From the NCBI RefSeq assembly GCF_009914755.1, contig NC_060934.1: a stretch of DNA of 64,000 nucleotides; one strand, written 5' to 3'. Positions within the stretch are counted from its first letter, which is position 1. Each line of letters starts with the position of its first letter. The position numbers and the translations under genes are program-made. Positions 58,284 through 64,000 of the stretch are shown piece after piece. Below the pieces are notes generated by a model. That model was given only the letters and a program-made list of their open reading frames with translations, was not told the origin of the DNA and did not search any database. Source of the DNA: the human T2T-CHM13v2.0 reference genome, Homo sapiens.

Positions 58284-60108
58284 TTAACCAAGGATTTAGA
58301 CAGCGTTATGCAGCAGATTGGGGAACAAAGCCAGTGAATAAAATGAGCATTGGAGGATTGAAAAAGAAATAATTTAGATGGAACTAACGTTTTAGGACAC
58401 TTTATCCATCAGCCAACACTCTAGACAAGCCACAGTGCAGATTGTGTGGCTAGGAGCCTAGGTGTAATGACTATTTCAGACCTCATGTAATAAGCTCTAA
58501 TCAACCACTTGGGATAGAACATAAACTCTAAATTGCATGTTAGTGTTGGTACCAGAGCATAAGGTGAGCTAAAACGACTTGGTAAAAATCCATAGTAATA
58601 CAGGAGATGCAGTGGATTGGTAGCTATTTTTTCCACATTTCTCACTGGTGCAAATTCCTTTCCAAATAATCTATTGATTTTCTGTGCAAATTTCTGCTCA
58701 CATTTTATATAAAAATGTATGTCAGTGGACTATTATAAATTAATACTAGAAATTTTCTACACAGTTTCAAGGACCTTATTATTTTGAAAAAATGGTTATT
58801 CAAACAGTATTTGTGAAGAGTTCCTTGGGTATTGTTTGAAATTTACAGAGAAAAAAGTAACTGTACATCTTTAGTTTTAGTACAAAAATAAGGGCAAAGC
58901 AAATATTCTAAATAATACAAAAAATCTTTTTAGAAAGTTTCAAGTGTTCTTTAAAATGTAGAATAATAAACTAAGTTGTATTTTAAAAAATCTCAGTCTT
59001 TCACATATATTTTTCTATTTTATTATGTAAAGTTGACAGCATTCATGCATTTGTACTAACTTTTTCACTGAATAAATTCAGTGGGGTAAAATAAAATATA
59101 AATAAATCTATTTAATGTATACTCTCTAAGTATACATAATGATCACACTTAAAAGATAAACTGAAGATATTAGATGAGACTGATCAGCCACTTATCAAGA
59201 CAAGGCCCCAAATATAGCAACTATTATAAGGAACAACAGGCTAAAACAAAAATTGTTATCTCAACAAATCAGTAGTATGTACTGTCACTAATTTTTTCTT
59301 TAAGTAGGTCTTGGAAAATAATGCAAAATATGATAAAATCACATATAACACTAAAATATGACATTTAAAAATATAGAGGATATAAGGGGAATAAAAAAAG
59401 CAGCAAATCTTTATAATACACATACTACTTACCTGATTGTGCTGGATCCCTAACTAAAGAAACACTCCCCATGTCATGATCATATGGAAATAAACCAAAT
59501 GTGATCAACTGGCGTTTAACCAAATATTGCAAATTAGAGTTTCATCTCTAACATTTCGAGGGAGAAGAAACAAAGCATGTTGTAGTTTACAAACATGCAG
59601 CAAAAATTGATTCATACTAATGCAATGCTATTTAAAGAAATTTGCTTCATGTTTTTCTTATGGCTGTTTGATAGTTTGAGAACTAATGAATGATATATTA
59701 CAGAGATTACATAATAATGTCAACAAGTTCTAAAAAAAATAGCAAAATGCCGGAAGTCGAAAGGTTACCAGAAATTATAATCAAGAGGAGAAAATAGCAC
59801 AAAATATCAGCTAGATTCTAAAAACTGTTTAACAGTCATTAAGCAATAGGTATCTACGAATACATACCATAGGTGGTAGCTGAATTAATTGCAAAGTAAA
59901 TTGAATACGTGTATTTAATCTGGAAAACAGAAAACTGTTAACCTTCTGAAGCCTAAGTCACATAAAGCAGCTTCTAATTGTGCTAATCTAGCTGAAGCTA
60001 GAGAAGAGAAAACACAGCCTTGAAACTCTGCTTTCTAAGAGAGAATGGTAATAAGCAAGTATAGATCAATTTCAGCATTTATGTAATAGAGTTAGCAACA
60101 CCATGTTA

Positions 60109-60515
<407 letters not shown>

Positions 60516-61009
60516 TTAAGCCATTAAAATTGAGATAATAGCCCAGGGTGGGGGAGTATTTAAAAAATAATTGGGAAAAGCAAATAATGAGAGTTTCAGA
60601 CATTCAAGGAGGAAGCAAAAGAAAAAGCATCTCCACAAATTATGCAGAAAACAAAGAGAGAGTTAAGAGGAAAGGCAATTAAAGGATGGTAAATGAACAG
60701 AATACTAAGACCATTAAGGAAGTAAAGAAGATACACCAAGAATAATACCAAGAAAGTTATGGCGTATAATTGACAAAAATAAATCATATAAAGTTTAAAC
60801 AAATCATTAGATAAAAATTATGAAGTCATGCTGCACTCAGATGGCAATCAGTCTGTCCTATAGGCAATTAATAAATGTGTTCCTAAAAGTAATTAGCCTC
60901 AATATGTGATTTGCTATTGTCTTTCTTCATTTTTCTTTTGGATAAATAATCATATTAAACACACATAAGCACACATATATATCAAATACATTTCAGAAAC
61001 ATTGCACAG

Positions 61010-61225
61010 TATAACCTGCACTATGCAATGTGGCAGGCAATAGCATCTGTGGCTATTTAAATTTGTACCACGCTAATTAAAAAGGAAATTGAATTAAAAT
61101 TCAGTCCCTCAGTTGTCCTAACACAATTCAAGTGTCAATAGCCATATGTGGCTAATGGTTACCCTATTGGATAGTGCATATACAGAACATTTCCAACATT
61201 TCAGATAGTTATATTGTGCAGATCT
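61010..61225. mobile_element. MER33-like hAT MITE
   Basis: aattaaaattcagt.cctcagttg...tagccatatgtggcta.tgg.tacc.tattggatagtgca. Confidence 0.75.
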
Positions 61226-61279
61226 GGGGAAAGCACAATCTATTTTATCATATTAACAGTGCAAAGCAATGTAGAAAAC

Positions 61280-61655
61280 AATGAAGTGTTATTTAGTGAT
61301 AAAAATGAATGAAGTATCAATACACAAAACCATATATATAAGTCTCTAGGAAATTACGCTGTGTGAAAGAAATCACACAAAAAATAAATATTGAATGATT
61401 CCAGCTATACAAAGCTCTAGAAAACGTAAATCAACCTATATTGTCCAAAAACAGAGTAGGGGTTATCTATATAGGGTGTGTCGGGAAGGACAGGAGAGAT
61501 TACAAATGGTGCACAAAAAAAACCTTGCGTGTGATAGATTATTCTCTGTCTTGATTACAGGATGCATTTATGATGGCATTCATATGTTAAATTTTATCAA
61601 ATCGCATACTTTAAATATCCTCAGTCGTAAGTCAATTATACTTACATAAAGTGAC
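61280..61655 (+). mobile_element. L1ME-like 3' end fragment
   Basis: gtgaaagaaatcacacaa...tgattcca...gtcaattatactt motifs. Confidence 0.65.
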
Positions 61656-61854
61656 TTTTAAAATATATGCAGAAAATTGTGTGAGCAGATTCGCAAATGG
61701 TGTAGAGAAAGCCAGGCAGAAATAAATACATCCACATTATAAAGGTCAGAAAGTTCTTACTTAGCAGGGCAGAAGGTAGGAGGGAAGTTTGCTTAAATCA
61801 ATTAAGGTGTTCAAAAAGGTATATGACCATATGTAAAAAGTCATCCAGGTGAAC

Positions 61855-62143
61855 GCCAGGCGCGGTGGCTCACGCCTGTAATCCCGGCACTTTGGGAGGC
61901 CGAGGCAGGTGGATTACCTGAGGTCAGGAGTTCGAGACCAGCCTGACCAACATGGAGAAACCCCGTCTCTACTAACATACAAAATTAGTCAGGCATGGTG
62001 GCACACGCCTGTAATCCCAGCTACTCGGGAGGCTGAGATGGGAGAATAGCTTGAACCCCAGGAAGCAGAAGTTGCAGTGAGCTGAGTTCGTGCCATTGCA
62101 CTCCAGCCTGGGCAACAACAGCAAAACTCCATCTCAAAAAAAA
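61855..62143 (+). mobile_element. AluSp
   Basis: gaccaacatggagaaacccc diagnostic; TSD aaaaagtcatccaggtg(a/t)ac at 61835 and 62144. Confidence 0.95.
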
Positions 62144-62214
62144 AAAAAGTCATCCAGGTGTACATTCAAGATTTGCACATTTTACAATAGGCAAGTTATA
62201 TCACAATAAACAAA

Positions 62215-62810
62215 GCATGGAGAGGAATAAAAGACCACGACAAATGTTGCAGAGTGTGCAGCAACTGGAATTTTTAGAAACTAATGTTGGGAGTGTAAAT
62301 TGGTATCATTAAAAAATATTGTCAAATGTCTACCAAAGATGTATCCCACCTCTTTCATTCCTAGTTATAAATCCAACATAAGTATTCCCATAACAACATG
62401 CTTTTGCATAGCCAAATATGAAAATAATTTAATTTTTCATTCACTGTAGTAGATAAACTGTGGTATACTCATTCAGTGAAATACTACCCAGCAATGAAAA
62501 TGAATAATGAAAGCATCAGGCAAAATGGGATGAAATTCATGGATGTAACATTGCCTGAAAGAAAGAAGACAGAATATTCTGTGATTCAATGTATATAATG
62601 TTCAAAATCATTAAAATTTATATAGGATGACAGAAGTTAGAAATGTATTAGGGTATGTATTAGACAGTGAATATAAAGGCAGTTTCTAGAATTTTGTTTA
62701 TGTTCTATTAATCTGAGTGGTGGTTATGTGGATGTGTGCACTTTGAGAAAATTCTTCATGCTGAACATTGATGGTTAACAACACCTTTATAAGCATATGT
62801 TTTAAGTCTT
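62215..62810 (+). mobile_element. L1ME-like 3' fragment
   Basis: gttgggagtgtaaattggta; gataaactgtggtatactcat...aatacta...gcaatgaaaatgaa. Confidence 0.65.
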
Positions 62811-63654
62811 TTAAAATTTAGATAATTTGAATATATTATATACTTCACTATTTTCTCACACAATGAATTTAATTAGACTCATAATGCAATTAAGAAATTG
62901 AATTAGATTGTTAATAAATTTCAAAACACTGTGTACCTACAATAAAATTGCTCATATAGCTCTAATCTCACAGAAGTTTAGAGACAGAAGAAGCTTTTGG
63001 TTTTTATGAAAGCTTATCTCCTTGCGTTTACATGTGATGTTGATGCAGTTCAGGCAGTCTACCTCACATGGGTGATTAGTTGCAAAACTGGGGCTAGATC
63101 CGACTTCCTGACTGCCACTGTAGTACTCTCTCCAAATGACTCGGTATCTTATTTAACTTACTGGAGTCTGGTATAAAATAATAGGAATGTTGGGAAATAA
63201 TTTTTATCTTGCCTGGTTCTCTAAATGTATTTTTACAAATCTTAAAAGTAATGAAGTGATTTAAGTATTTAATTTAGGATTTATATTTTACACATTTTAG
63301 TCTTAAGTGTGTTTAGAAGAACTAAAGCAATTATAACTCCATCCATTTGTCACCAAGCTGTATAATAGTTTTCTAATTTTTTCAAACTTCACAAATAATT
63401 TTGTACAAATGTGTGCAATTTACAAGTAATTTCTTTAAACCGGTTATATAGTCCTGGTTGGAAACCAATATAAATAAATATGTTTCAAAAAAACAGTAAT
63501 TACCTACCACGTGACAAGCACCTTATCAAGTTGTTGAGACACATGTTAAGCAGATCAGATACTGGGCTTGCTCACATACAGCTTCCACGGTAGTGATGAA
63601 TTAAGGCATTCATCACTTAATCACTAACATCTCCTACCCCCTCACCCCCAACAC

Positions 63655-64000
63655 ACACAGAAACTGTGAACTATACAGAAAACTGTGATCTCTGCAGAGT
63701 GTGAGATGGAGAGAGATGACTGCCCTGACACACACTCCCACAGGGGAACCAGGTAATCCAGGTGACAGCCACTGGGAAGACCTTAAATCCTACCCAGTGC
63801 TGGAGCTGATTTAGCGACAGGTGAGGAATTTATGAGAAGGAAGAGCGCTGGGACATGCTTTGCATGCACTTCCAGACTCCAGCAAGAATGGATGGAAGCT
63901 TTCCTGATCCTACCTCACAGAAGAGCTCATGGATGTCAGCCAGCTAACTCAGGCTTCAGTCGCAGGTTGAGAAAAATTCCCAACTGAGATTTGTCATATA
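63655..64000 (+). mobile_element. Probable older primate L1 (L1PB/late L1PA) 5' UTR fragment running off the window
   Basis: GC-richer block with cacactcccac.ggggaacc...tccag and ttcctgatcctacctcacag motifs. Confidence 0.5.

Overview
AT-rich, repeat-dense primate (catarrhine/hominoid, most likely human-like) intergenic or deep-intronic DNA. I find no host protein-coding exon, RNA gene, CRISPR array or prokaryotic feature; the recognisable ORF-track entries are fragments of retroelements, and the rest look like chance frames. Main content: the 5' part of a HERV-K(HML-3)/HERVK9 provirus on the minus strand (MER9 5' LTR, PBS, internally deleted gag, dUTPase/protease) interrupted by a twin-primed (5'-inverted) L1PA; a full-length but dead ~6.1 kb L1PA6/7-like element with TSDs; an LTR7up-type HERV-H solo LTR; other solo LTRs; about 18 Alus; older L1, MaLR and DNA-transposon relics. 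I did not find a convincing new biological system. The most interesting signals are small-scale: several templated-insertion/template-switch scars, a MADE1 hairpin with four compensatory base-pair changes, two head-to-head Alu pairs sharing one endonuclease site, a tail-less AluY that keeps a TSD, and an AT-rich patch that has kept its CpGs. Subfamily names come from recalled consensus sequences, not database searches.
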